Below are positions 11,761 to 24,310 of a stretch of DNA of 64,000 bases, one piece after another. The DNA is from Callorhinchus milii (lineage: Eukaryota): NCBI RefSeq assembly GCF_018977255.1, contig NW_024704742.1, forward strand, positions 88,972,001 through 89,036,000, given 5' to 3'. The notes under the pieces are model-generated. The model saw nothing but the letters and a program-made list of their open reading frames with translations, was not told the origin of the DNA and ran no database searches. The number at the start of each line of letters is the position of its first letter. Position 1 is the first letter of the stretch. The translations under genes were made by a program, and so were the position numbers.

Positions 11761-12469
11761 CTTAACCTCTGATCTTGGATTGGTTGATTGCCTTAAAATT
11801 TAAGACCTTGCAGATTTTGGAAAAAAATATTATACTGTATTCAAGTCTTGATTTTGGAAGCAGAAAACTGTTTAATTCTAACTGAACGCAGAAGATAAGA
11901 ATTATCTAACATTATGTGTGATTTTCAATTTTAAGACAATGGCTGTAAAGCTTTTTTGATGGAGGAATCTCGTAAATTGTAACTTCTTTCTGTTCCACCT
12001 TGGTAAGTCCTCCTCACTGCTAGTTTCTTGCTGATGTGCAACTCTGCTGCATGACTGATTTGCACAGGATGTGCTTCTGTAAGCAGTTTCATAGTGCTCT
12101 GAGAGGGCTAAGTCCTATTTGGACTGAATACTGGCAATCTTTAACGTTGGAACACATCACTGATAATTGCAACAGAATGTTTTCCCACACCTAAATGAAA
12201 AGCTTAATTGGCTTTTAAGCACTCACTCTGCTGGTGAGGATTGCTACCTGTCATTAGTGAAGAGTGCACAACTCCCAATTGGGAGTAAGTATACATACGT
12301 GATTTTATTCCCTCCAGACCAAAAAAACAAGACAATGTAACCACCATTAAATCGAGCTGAACACTAATGTAATGAGTCCTGGCTTCCTCTGGCCAGCTCT
12401 TTAGCCATTAGTGTTCAGTTTGTCTTTTTATCGTATCAACAATCACCAACTAGTGACTATCCTTCTTGG

Positions 12470-13098
12470 AGGTTAGGTAAGCGGGGTCTTCTTGGGATGA
12501 CATGCTTGGCAACAGAATGTTGAAATAGAGTTAACTCTCTGTGGTGGTCTCTGGGTAGTCTGGTTCCTGAGCCAAGTGGGTCCGCAGTATTCCACGGCAA
12601 TATTGATGACAAACCAGCCAGGATGGCTCATTGATGGAACCTGGAAGGGCAGGCCAGTCACTAGGCAGAGATTCTTTCCACACAGCTTCTGTTCCTCGAT
12701 CCCGAACCCCAGCTCGGGTCCGAAACACTGATTGTTCAGTGTCTTGGGACGTCCTCCCGATGTAATTTTGTTATTGTTGTTTTGCAAGCAAAGCATTAAT
12801 GGATAAAATGGTCCTAGCTGGACAAGCAGTAGGAGGCTTGCCAGATACTGCTTTCATTGGCCATGGTTTTAGCTGTTTAATATCATCAGTAACCCAACAC
12901 ACATTCGGGAGACCCCAAACCTTAGCTCTCACAAACCTGTGCATCATATTCTCCAGAATTAGGTAAGAAGGATATATACCTCCGGAGAGAGAGAGCGCAC
13001 ATTCCATTTCAGACACAGGGTAGGTGACATACTTATGTGAAACTCTCAGATAGGTGATGGGCTTCTGCATGTGCCAGACACGCGTCTGACCTAAAAAA
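12470..13098 (+). mobile_element. Family X repeat (most complete copy), interrupted by an L2 tail at about 12690-12782
   Basis: Colinear with 4670-5033 and 62090-62705; ends ctgacctaaaaaa; insert contains gggacgtcctcccga and (ttg)n. Confidence 0.75.
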
Positions 13099-13149
13099 GT
13101 GATCAGTTGTAGTTCTGCAATTCACTGCAAAATAAATGCATATTATCAT

Positions 13150-13445
13150 AGGATCATAAGAGAAATTTGGATAAAGAGGCCTTCAGGTCCACTTGATCCT
13201 ATGCTTATAGAATATCCACCTTAGAGTGCTCCTGTTACAGAATCAAGCTGTTTTTTTTTAAATAAATCTAGTGTTTTGGCCTCAGTTCCTGGTAACCTGT
13301 TCCAGGTGTCAATTACCCTCTGGATAAATAAATACTTCCTGGTGCCTGTCCTGAAATTGCCCTCTCCAAATCTGAGCCTGTGTCGTCTTGTTCTGCCTCA
13401 TCCTCATTCTTCTGCCCATGTGAAAGTATTGTTCTGGGTTAATGT
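13150..13445 (-). mobile_element. CR1 3' end
   Basis: Minus strand gives GQFQDRHQEVFIYPEG-type remnant of the CR1 C-terminus; cctggtaacctgttccaggtgtcaattaccctctgg matches other CR1 ends. Confidence 0.8.
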
Positions 13446-13553
13446 CAGATGTACTGGCACTGCAAATGATAACCACAGTAGACACAGAGTGAAGGCCACT
13501 CTTGTTGATCATAACATTCCTACAAGCCACCCAGAGGACTGTATGAAAGAGAT

Positions 13554-14040
13554 ACAACAACAGCAACAAAATTACATTTATAGAGCGCCTTTCACATGGG
13601 GAGGATGTCCCAAAGTGCTGAACAGTCAGGTGTCAGGGCCTGAGCATGCGGGAGGGGTGGGATAGGGGTGAGGGAAGGCAGAGAGGTAGGAGGGAGACCA
13701 AAGGCACAGTCGAAGAGAAGGGTCTTCAGACCGGTCTTGAAGGAGGCAAGGGAGGAAGCGAGGAGAAGGAACCGTGGGATGGAGTTCCAGAGTGTGGGGG
13801 CAGAGAGGCTGAAAGCCCGTCCACCGATGGTTGGGCGGGAGACATGGAGCAGGTCGGAGCCTGATGAACAGAGAGCGCGGGGCAGGTTGGTAGGGAGTCA
13901 GCAGGTCAGAGAGGTAGGAGGGAGCAAGGCCATGGATGGCCTTAAAGGTGAGGACGAGGATCTTGAACTCAATCCTCTGGGGGATGGGGAGCCGGTGGAT
14001 TCGGGCGAGGGTGGGAGTGATGGGATCACGGAACCTGGTA
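13554..14040 (-). mobile_element. L2 3' end
   Basis: ORF 13626-14117(-): DPITPTLARIHRLPIPQRIEFKILVLTFKAIHGLAPSYLSDLL; (caa)n tail. Confidence 0.92.
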
Positions 14041-14569
14041 GAAAGACTTAGCTGTGGAAGCCCAAGGAAAAAGATAAAGATGTCCTTGGCAAAAAGCCAA
14101 CATTCATAACTTGGCACTTCATAGGAATCAGATCATGAGGTTCTCAGGTTCTCAGTGTTATGTAGAAAACAAGTTTCAGACAGTTTAGGATATAAGGATG
14201 AGTTTACATTAATCAACGGAAGCAAAACCATCAGAGAATCCTGACATAACCCTTACAATTTGTATAGCTTGATCACCCATTCCTTTTGTAATAAAACCTT
14301 GATCCTAATATTCTACGTTTCGAGTTCATCTGTTATTCAGCAGTGAATCTGTAATCTCTTCGAAGGGAAGGGGACGATGTTGACTGTTTACTTTCTCAAT
14401 CCCAGAGTGTAATCCACAATGGAGAATGCTTTTCATTGCAATGTGCTAACATTCTAATTTTCTTTGACTACATTTACCTAAATAAGAGTGAATACCTATA
14501 TCCACCAAGGTCGATATTAGCAGAATATCAAATAGGCTTGAAAGGAGGGAAGTCTTCCCCATTATATAT

Positions 14570-14770
14570 AATAATAATAATAATAATTCTTGCATTTGAT
14601 ATATGCACCTTATCACATTGTCGAGACGTCGAGAGGTCTCAAATCACAGTGCTTCACAGGATTTTACTGGAAAGTTTTGTGACTGTATATTTTCTAGGCA
14701 AACACAACCATCAATTTGTGCAGAGTAGCAATGTTTCACAAATAGCCATGAAGTGAATGATCAATTTTAT
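14570..14770 (-). mobile_element. SINE 3' half
   Basis: (aat)n, cttgcatttgatat, gtgcttcacagg, caatttgtgcagagtagcaatg. Confidence 0.75.
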
Positions 14771-16175
14771 TGACTTTGACGGATGGATAAGTGAGCGGGA
14801 GAGGTATACAGGGTAGAAAAGCAGACAACTCCAGTCCAAGTCAAGGCAAGCCACATTTTCCAAATTAGTTGAAGTTTACAGAAAGAATTATTATTTTTGC
14901 AGGGTTGGATCTCGGATTGGCAAATTATCAACTACATTTGTTTCCCAACGGTGACAAATTTTATTCTGATGTTAGTTGAAAGCGCGCCCGTCCTATACTG
15001 TTTGCAATCAGGCCAAAGCTGCCAAGTCTTATATTGTTCCTGATGTAGAGAATGAAAATCTATTTCAATATGCAAAACTAGGAGCTGGGGAGTCATAAAC
15101 GGCAAATGTCCCTGCAAAGGTGTGAGCGTGTATTTATAATCTGGAGACAAAGCGGCACTGTGTGGGTAGGAAAACACAGTAAAACCAGACAATAATGAAA
15201 AAGATGTGCGATCTTTTTATCATGACAAGGCTAGCAATACATTACAACTTGAGACTGAACCCTGCAGGCTGGACCAACAATCGAGACAATGCAGTATTGT
15301 CTTTCTCTGCCTTTATTCCCATCATTAAGGCCCCATGTCTTAACTCATCATGCTCTGGAAGACGACTTGAAAATCAGAATGGAAATTCAACAAAAGTCAT
15401 TGGGATAAATACCCACGTGTTATTTTATAGTTTATCCCCAGAATAATGTGAATTAAAAATTTACTCCTTCAGTTTTTTAGGATTCAGCAACAGAATCGTT
15501 TACAGATGATTTATAACCCAAAAGCTTTCACCTTCTGAAAACAGCAAAGGCTACTCATTACTTAAAGAAACTGAATCAATGATTCCATGGGTGGGTGGAA
15601 TATCACTGCTGGATAAGCAGCAGAGCTGCAGGCTGTTTTGGTATAACCTTGTGTCCTGCACAGGTCAAAGGTTGGATTTAAAATCAGAGTGTTTGTTCAA
15701 ATGGTGCTGCATCAGTTTTTCTGTTTAGATAGACAAGATTTGTGCACAGGAAAGTGATGAATGTTAACCCTTTCTTATTTCAAGCACGTATAGCCACAAT
15801 CATTGCCTGGTCAAGCACTACATTGAGAGCACAGAGTACAGCACATTCCACTTTCCACAAGAATATACCTAACCCTAATCTCAAAAGACCACCTTCCCGT
15901 TCTGCACAAAGTATGGAGTTTCTGTCTTTCACATCAGCTACTCCATCGTGTCTCTATACTTTAATTATTGGAGTCCATTAAGTGCTCTACAATGTGGATG
16001 ATATAACACCTACTAGAAACAGCAATGAGACCTCATAAATTTATTTCCTGTTGAGTGCTCCGAGATGCCATCCGGCGTGAAGGGCGCTATATAAATGCAA
16101 TTTGTTGTTGTTGTTGTCAAACTAAAACTATAATACAGAAGACATTTTCACTCCTTATTTATCACAAGATGCATA

Positions 16176-16360
16176 AGGCCTGAAATTCCAACTAACCTTA
16201 GTGTGTAAGACCATTTTTTTGAAGATGGTGCAGAACTGTAATTCTGCAGAGTTTGGAAACTTGTGTATTTCTTGGAAAATAACTAGCATCCCGATTAAGA
16301 CTGAATTTAAGAATTTTCCACAAGCCTTCAATTTTATGACAAAATAGTCTTACAAGCTAA
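16176..16360. mobile_element. Palindromic MITE-like element (family of 5433-5656)
   Basis: aggcctgaaattcc...aagatggtgcagaa...ctgaatttaagaattttccaca...aaaatagtcttaca. Confidence 0.6.
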
Positions 16361-16454
16361 CAATAGGCATAATGTTGCACTTGTAGAATATAAAAGCAAG
16401 CAAGCACCAGTGTGCTTGTACAACTGATATATGGAATGTTGCATAATAATAATA

Positions 16455-17040
16455 TAATAATAATCCTTGCATTTGATATAGCACCTTATCAGATCGTTGA
16501 TCACAACAGCGCCCTGCAAACAGTCATGGAGTGAGTGACCAATTTTATTTGGGGGATTTTTGGCTATGAGATTGGGTTAAACAGCTTTGAGCACCCCACC
16601 TTGGGAAGGATGCACAAGCTTTGCCACAAGTTTAATGACAATTCACCAGAAGGATATCTGGGATGCCAGTAATTAACTCTGTTAATACATAATAATAATA
16701 ATATTTTATATAAGGACGTTCACCTCAGGAGGATGTATCAAAGCGCTTCACTGGATTTACTGTAATGTGTAGTGACTGTGTATTTTGTAGGTGAATGTGG
16801 CAGCCAATTTGCATGTAGCAATGTCCTCCAAGCAGCCATGAAGTGAACGACCAATTTTATTTGCACAAATGTTTGCCAGGACACCAGAAGAACCCCTCTC
16901 TGCTTTTCAAATAGTGCCATATGATCTTTAACATCCACCTGAACAGGCAGACTGGACCTCAATTTAATGTCTTATCCAAAGGACAGCACTTCCAACAATG
17001 CAGTCCATCCCAGGAATTGTTAGTGTTAGCCTAGATTAGG
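16455..17040 (-). mobile_element. Cluster of SINE fragments including a Deu-domain SINE (about 16690-17040)
   Basis: ttgccaggacaccagaag...tagtgccatatgatctttaacatccacctgaacaggcagac. Confidence 0.8.
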
Positions 17041-17682
17041 TGAGTTAGAGGCCAAAGTCTTACAGGCTAAGGTATGGAGCCATGTGAGCAAGACTGAAAC
17101 CTAGATTACAAATTTAGATCAATTTTATATTCAAACAAGTATAATACTGTAGCATTTGGTCCACAAGATCAATTATTACTATGTAGGTTACAGATGGGAT
17201 CTCAAGTCTAAAATAAACTTAGGCTTCATGCATTTTTAATGGGGTCTAAATATGTTATGTACAATAGTTAAACACTACAGCATTCCACTGCTGCCAGTAT
17301 TTATTTATGATATTTAATTGATGGAAGTGTCAGTCAGAATTTGTCATTGAAAATTATTCCACAGAATCATTGCTGATGTGGGAAGACTGAATATTAAAAG
17401 TGCACAACATGCAAGTTAGAAGCCTGTAACAATAGAAAATGAAAAACTGCCTCATATTTTTTATAAAAAATGCCCCCCTCAAATCTTTACTCACCATCTT
17501 GAAAATATAATGTGAAATTTGTTGTCAGAGAAAGGGAACATCAATAAGCTCTTATCACGAGCACAATGTGATATAATGATCGGTTCATCTGAAAATGAGA
17601 ATGATGTGGCTCACTCCAGACAAACTGAATACTGCACTTCAAAAAAATAATAAGTAAAAATCGATTTTGTATTTTAATCCTT

Positions 17683-17989
17683 TAATCCTTGCATTTGATA
17701 TAGCGCTTTTCACGTCGGGAGGACGTCCCAAAGCTCTTCACAGAACACACTGTAAAGTGAATTGACTGTATATGTGTGGGCGAACGCGGCAGCCAATTGC
17801 GCACAGCAATGTCCCACAAACAGTCGTAGATTGAAAATGACCAATTTATTATTGTTTTTTGTTTTGGAGGTATTATTATTAGGCGTGTGGAGTAAGGAAA
17901 CTTGCCCAAGGTTTCGCCCTGTCTGGAATTGAACTCAGGTCTCTCACTTGCAAAGCGAGTGCTCTAACCACTGAGCTACAGGACTCCAC
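17683..17989 (-). mobile_element. Full-length young tRNA-Ala-headed SINE (short variant)
   Basis: Minus strand: gtggagtcctgTAGCTCAGTGGttagagcactcgctTTGCAAgtgagagacctgaGTTCAATTCC (A box, TGC anticodon loop, B box), then tgtgggacattgctgtgcgcaattggctgcc and an L2-like tail. Confidence 0.92.
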
Positions 17990-19129
17990 GTTCACTGCCG
18001 TTCTCCCTTCCTCCTTGGACATAGTGAGAAATGAGCCTGCAGCAAGTGAATATTGAGGAGAGAATCTGCTTTCACAGTATCAACAGCAGAGGCCATTCAG
18101 ATTGGTTGGGGAACAAAAGGTCACACCGTTCGGTACATCATTTTCTCCAGGCGTAACTTAGCTGTAAAATCACTAGCAACAATTCCAGGCGTTACGGTGC
18201 TTGTCAGAAAAATGCTCTGTTCTGCCACAGTATGAGAATTTCAAGGAACTCAAAAGTAGCACGGATTAAACAAACTGATTTCAGCAGAGTGCTGTAGCGA
18301 GTTAGGTGCCGCACTGATGGTCTTGCACGTTTATTTTTGAAGCAGAGTAGCTTTAACAGACTCTGATGTACCTGTCAGCACTTGGGTTTCATTGCACTGA
18401 ATTAACAGATCTTGACAGATGTTGCAAGTGCCAAGCTGCTGCTGGTGTGTATATCATATCCTCCACGAGCACATGTCCTCGCAGTAGACCCTTCTGGGAT
18501 TTTATAGTTATGTAACGTTGTGAAGATGGCTATTTGGAGAATACTAGAATATAAAGTATCATCTATTCAGTTCAGGCAAAGGTTAAACGCTAGACAATGT
18601 AACTTTACTAGATTCTATTCTTACAGAAGGTATACATACTTATATGAAAGGTTAGTGGGTTGGGTTTCCCCACACCTCATCAAACTCTCTCCCTCCACAG
18701 ATGTACAGACTGTCCTGCCAATGGGCTCCATCTCACCATTCTTTCTCTTGAAGGAAAGGACCACACAAGTACATACATAACTCTAAATGTAACCAAGTCC
18801 AGAACACTCAATCATTTCCACCACTCAGTCCTGGACAACACTCTCCGGGCCCAGAGCACAGAAATAATTCCATCTCTACAAGTACAGTATGTTCATTTTA
18901 GAGTGAACCAATCCATATACTGTATCTTTCAATCCTGTTCTTAAGACACCACTCTTCTGTATGGGATAATTGAGAAAGTAATATTGCTTTGTTTAGGAAC
19001 TTGTTCCATATACAGCACTACTCAAAGGGTAAAGGTTTGACTAACCCCTGCTTGAGTTTTTATTTATTTTGAACCTTGTTTTTTCTCTCACGTTATATAA
19101 CCTGGAAACATGCCCCAAAAATATGATCA

Positions 19130-19515
19130 TTCAATCCTTGACTGTTTTGGAAAACTGCTATGCACAAATGGCTGCTGTGATTCGGCCCAAAATACATTTA
19201 CAATATAATCTGTGAAGAGATTTGAGATGTCTCAACAACGTGATAAGGCGCTTTATCATTCAAATAATAATAATAATCCTTGCGTTTGATATAATGCCTT
19301 ATTAAGCCTTCAAGACGGCTTAAAGAACTTCACAGAATACACTGTAAGTGAATTGACTGTATATTTTGTGTACGAAATGCTGCAGCCAATTGCGCACAGT
19401 ACAGTCGTGGATTGAGTAACCAAATTATTATTATTTTTTAAGGGATTGTTAATCCCGGGTTCGACTAGCAATTGGGTTCCTCCTTACTGTTAAGTGAACA
19501 GAGGCGTGTAGAGTA
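19130..19515. mobile_element. Tail-to-tail SINE pair (+ about 19130-19262; - about 19264-19515, long variant)
   Basis: Shared (aat)n junction; gggttcctccttactgttaagtgaacagaggcgtg is the long-variant internal segment. Confidence 0.75.
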
Positions 19516-19519
19516 TTGA

Positions 19520-20900
19520 AATGGAAGGAAGCAACAGCATGATGGAAACTTTAGACCAAATAAATAGGTTGGAGATATTGGTAGATAAATCGGTGAAGCA
19601 GCAGTGGGAGGTATTTAAATATGATTTAAATCTGTAGAGGTTAAATAGTATGAATGAAGGACATGTATCAAAGGTTGTATGGTTAAATAGAGTGATTAGA
19701 GTAAAACTGAAGTTCAAAAAAATAAGATAGAGTCAATAAGGAACTAGTAACATAGAAGTAAATTATCAGTAATTTCAAACTGGAGGGAAGCAAAAAGGAA
19801 GATTGGAAAGATTGTAATTTATAGAATTTCTAGAAATAGATTAGAAAGAGTGTAAATGAAGACTGGAAATCAACATAAAGAGTAATAGAAAAGTCTTTAT
19901 AACCACATAAAAAATAAGAGAGAGAGGGTAGGATGATTTGAGCTGAAGAAGGCAATCTTGTAGTTCAAAATTGAAAAAATGATTGATAAATACTTTTTTC
20001 AAAGGAAGGTGGAAGTGGGATGGAAGGAGTATTGGTAGACAATGTGAAAGATCATCTACTGGAACCAAATACAGTATTATACTTCACGGCTGTTTGTGGA
20101 ACATTGCTGTGCACAAACTGACTGATGCTTTTCCCTACCAATACACCTTCACTGGACTTGACAGCACTTCCCTGTAAAGCACTTTGAAACGTTTCACTTT
20201 CCACAAGAATATACCTACCCCTAATCTCAAAAGAGCTTCCCTGATTATCATCAATTAAAATGTATGGAAAATCACTTAATAGGACCTAAAGTAGAAAAAT
20301 CACCAGGCCTGGATTGTATTCATTGAAGTATATTAAAGTTGGGAGGAAATAATTGATAACCTGCGCGTAATCTTCTGTAAATGCTTGAAAACAGAAATTG
20401 ATCAAAGGGGAAAGGGAAAAAAAGAGGAAAGGTAGGCTAGTTCGCCTTATCTCAATTATGGATAAACTTCCAGACACCATGGAAATTGATGGCATTTGTG
20501 CACTCTTAGGAAGGGATAAATTGATCCAAGAGAGACAACATAGATTTGCAAAGGGCAAGTCATGCTTAATTGAATCCAATTGAATGTTTTAAGAAAATCA
20601 GAGTATATAGATAACGGGAAAGCAGTTGATGTATATGTGGAATTTGATAAAGTGACACAAAAGCAACTGGTTGAGAAATAATGGTTATGATAATAAAGCT
20701 GAAATATATGCAGTGGTGGCTGAAAGAATAGTAAACAGATATTATGAGTAAATGGTTGCTTGCTTGGCTGTAGTTAGTGATGTGCTCCAGCAATCATTGC
20801 TGTTGCCTTTATTATTTCTATCTAAATTGATAATTCAGAAGTAGGTGTGGAGGACGAATTCAGAAAATTACTGGAAGATATTGAGTAGGAAGATTGGTGA
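19520..20900 (+). mobile_element. Old, heavily decayed CR1 ORF2 fragment with SINE tail insertion (about 20085-20195)
   Basis: ORF 20398-20583: LIQERQHRFAKGKSCLIESN (QHGF.KG.SCL.N motif); aaaatcaccaggcctggattgtattcat (KSPGPD.IH). Confidence 0.75.
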
Positions 20901-20919
20901 CAGCAGCAGTTTAATTATA

Positions 20920-21200
20920 AAATCACAAGATTCATAGAAGCATAGAATTATACAGCACAGAAGGAGGCCATTTGACCCATCGTTCTGTGCCAGCTCTTTG
21001 AAAAGAGTTATCCAAATCAATCCCACTCCCCCACTCTCTCTCCATAGCCCTGCAAACTTGTCCTCCCCGAATAATTATCTAGATTAGTTTGGATGAAGAA
21101 GGCCCTTTGGCCCATCCGATCTCATCCTTCCAGAATACCCACCCTACTGCTCCTGATTCACAGCAATAAACTGCTTTTTAAATGAGTCCAGTGTTAAATG
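20920..21200 (-). mobile_element. Stacked CR1 3' ends of two subfamilies
   Basis: catagaagcatagaattatacagcacagaaggaggccatt, then ttggatgaagaaggccctttggcccatccgatctcatcc. Confidence 0.8.
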
Positions 21201-21292
21201 AGTCCAGAGATCTGCATTAAATTAATCTGTTGTGTTAGGTTAAATGAGCCAGATTCTGAGTTAAATGAGCATAGTGTTCTGGGTTAAATCCT
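21176..21292 (+). repeat. Minisatellite of 'ttaaatgagtccagtgttctggg'-like units, resuming at about 22678-22720
   Basis: At least five ttaaatgag/ttaaat units before the L2 and two more after it; the unit equals a CR1 segment (cf. 33884-33906). Confidence 0.7.
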
Positions 21293-21317
21293 TGAGGTGC
21301 AAATCCTAATTGTCCAG

Positions 21318-22620
21318 AAGTCACTAATGACATTCTGAACATCTGTGATCAGGGCTCCCTCTGCCTCCTTGTCCTCCTCGACCTCTCTGCTGCCTTCGAC
21401 ACTGTCGACCACTCCATCTTCATACACCACCTCTCCTCTTTACTTAATCTTCACGGATCTGCCCTTGCCTGCATCGAATCCTATCTCTCTCACTGTCTTC
21501 ATTTTGTTGCCTCTAATGGTTTCTCCTCCAGCCCCCACACTGTCACGTTTGGAGTCCCCCAGGGCTCTGTCCTTGGCGCTCGCCTCCTTAATATCTACAT
21601 GCTCCCCCGTGGTGACATCATCCTCAGACATGGGGTCAACTTCCACATGTATGCAGATGACACCCAACTCTATCTTTCTGCCTCCACCCTCAACTCCAGG
21701 ACCACTGCTGTCCTGACAGACTGCCTGTCAGACATCAAGTCCTGGATGAGGGCAAATTTCCTACAGTTGAATGTGAACAAGACTGAGGCCCTCCTGATTG
21801 GCTCACACCAGCGCCTCTGCACCTCAGGCTATGGCAGTATCAACCTCCATGGTTGCACACTTCAACTCACAAAGCCAGTCAGGAACCTAGGTGTCTTAAC
21901 TGTCCACATCCAAGCCATGACTCGCTCTGCCTTCCCTCACCTCCGTAACATTGACTGACTCCGCCACTGCCTCACCCCTCAGGCCTCTGAAACTCTTGTT
22001 CATGTCTTCATCACCTCCAGGCTCGACTGTGCAAATGCCCTGCTTGTCGGCCTTCCCAACTCCTCCCTCCACAGGCTGCAGATAATCCAGAACTCTGCAG
22101 CCCGTGTCCTCTCCCGCACCAAACTCCGTGACCCCATCTCCCCCATTCTCGTCCGACTCCATTGGCTCCCTATCCTTCAGAGGATCCAGTTCAAGATCCT
22201 GGTCCTCACATACAAAGCCCTCCATGGCCTCGCCCCACCCTACCTCTGTGACCTCCTAAGCCCCTACTAACCCACTCGCTCTCTCCGCTCAGCCGGCTCT
22301 GGCCTGCTCCGCGTCCCCCGACCCACACACCCCACCATTGGCGGGAGAGCCTTCAGCCACTCTGCCCCCAACCTCTGGAATTCCATCCCCCAATCACTCT
22401 GCCTCACCCCCTGCTTAGCCTCCTTCAAGTCCCACCTCAAAACCCTCATCTTTGACCATGCCATCAGTCAGTCACCCCCCTTCCCCTCCCCTCCCTTCTC
22501 CCTCCCTAACCCCAGCTCAGGTCTGAAATGCTGTACACTGTCCAGCGCCTTGCGCTGTTGTCCTGATGTGAAAGGCGCTATACAAATCTAATCCTGTTGT
22601 TGTTGTTGTTGTTCTTGTTG
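21318..22620 (+). mobile_element. L2 LINE, 5'-truncated, about 1.3 kb, with RT YADD motif; extra tail copy at about 22627-22677
   Basis: ORF 21599-21958: GVNFHMYADDTQLYLS...CLSDIKSWMRANFLQLNVNKTEAL; full 3' UTR and (gtt)n tail; stops and frameshifts make it non-functional. Confidence 0.95.
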
Positions 22621-24034
22621 ATGTTGTCTTGGGATGTCGTCCTGACGTGAAAGGTGTTATACAAATGTAATCTGTTGCAAATGAGTCCAGTATCCTGGGT
22701 TAAATGAATCCAGAGTCCTGTTGAGACGTAAGTACATTTTGCAGAAAAGAATGAAAGAAAAAGATAATCTCAATGATTTGTTAATGATGTAAACAGAGAG
22801 TTCTATAGTTGCTGATACATAGGCCATAAATAGGTAAATGGTATTTCATGGGTGTTGAATATAAAAAGCAGGGAAATAATTTTCAAAGTGTACAAGACAT
22901 TGATTAGACCATAGTTAAGAAGATCCATCTCCTTAATTGATCTGATTTTCCTAAATGATATTTATCCAGCTCATAGTAATCACCTGCCCATAAAGCTTGG
23001 TATATGCAGTGAATGTTATAATTTTAGAAGAACAGCGGCCTATCAGTAATTTCTCAACAGTGTAAACACTAGGACTAGGAATTCCACCTAAATTTACTCT
23101 AATTCTGCAGCATTTCAGAACATGCAGAATCTGGCAAATTGTTGTAGTCAGGCTTAACTCGGAAGCTTGAAATCTAGGGGGCAAAAAGCTTCAAAATAAA
23201 TGGTTGTATTTAAGAATTTGACAAAGTAGAGTAAATGTTGACCCAGGTGGATTTTCTACCTCTAAATTAGTTTCTTCCTGAAAAAATTCCAGTCCATCTG
23301 TGAAGCATGAAGTATTGCTTCTAAATCCACGTTGTCTACTCTATGTAAAATCTGTATCCTCTCGATGAGCATCGGAGCACACTATATACTGCTTTCAGGT
23401 TATTTTTCCACTGCAGTTGTCAGGCTGACTGGTCTATAAATTCCAGGTTCATGCCTCATTCATTTTTTCAACAATTGGTTAACATTCCCTGCCCCCCAAT
23501 CCTCAGTCACAGTTTCTGTGCCAAAAAATATTAGCCAGAGCTTCAAAAAACTTCTCTCATATTTACTTGAGATTCCTGTCTGGACCAGAGTGCGTTAAAC
23601 TATTCTGAGCTAACATGACTGGAATCTGGAACTTAGAATTAAATGTATTCAGAACATCTGCTTTCCACGGATCTTCACTGTTGCATGTTAATTTATCTCT
23701 TTAAGGCAATATTTGGCCATTAATATGTCTTCTTGTGTTTACATAATTAAAAAAAAATCTGCTTTTTTGTTTCCCTGTTACTAATATTCTAATATTCTTT
23801 AGTTAATTACATATCTTCCCCTTCCCATTACTTTTAGGTCTATGTCTCACTCAAAATATTTCTGCTTGTTCTTCAATTAGTTTTGTCCGCCTTTGTCTTC
23901 TGTATTAGACTTGTGTCTGTTTTCTCAAAGGAATGACTTTTCTTTCAACTCCCTGAAAGTATATTTTTAAAATATTTCTTTCTGTGTTTTATTTTCTAGT
24001 CATTTCCCATGTAATCCTCTGCAGAGCTCTTGAC

Positions 24035-24310
24035 AAGATCACAAGATTGGTTCAGATGAATAAGGTCCTTTGGCCCATCCGATCTCATCCTTCCAGAATC
24101 ACCAACCCTATCGTATCCCCATCACAACATCAAGCTGCTTTTTTAAATAAGTCCAATAATCTGGCCTCAACCACCCTTCCTGACAACCTGTTCCAGTCAT
24201 TAATCACCCTCTATGTAAAGAAAAACATCCTGGTATCTGTTCTGAAATTGTCCTGTACAATTCTAAATCTGTCCTCTTGTTCTACTATGTTCTAAAGATT
24301 GTTCTGGGTC
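24035..24310 (-). mobile_element. CR1 3' end
   Basis: cacaagattggttcagatgaataaggtcctttggcccatccgatctcatccttccagaat...ctggcctcaaccacccttcc. Confidence 0.8.

Noticed and set aside
11936..12008. Plus-strand exon candidate (ttttaag|...TTG|GTAAGT)
   Set aside because: Stops in all three frames; weak AAG acceptor lying in a probable MITE relic. A non-coding exon cannot be excluded.
17915..17989. tRNA-Ala-like sequence (also at about 10945, 25070, 38925, 48852)
   Set aside because: No proper acceptor stem; always fused to the SINE body; these are SINE heads, not tRNA genes.
21176..21292. Repeat-spacer-like array
   Set aside because: Irregular CR1-derived minisatellite in a vertebrate context; not CRISPR.
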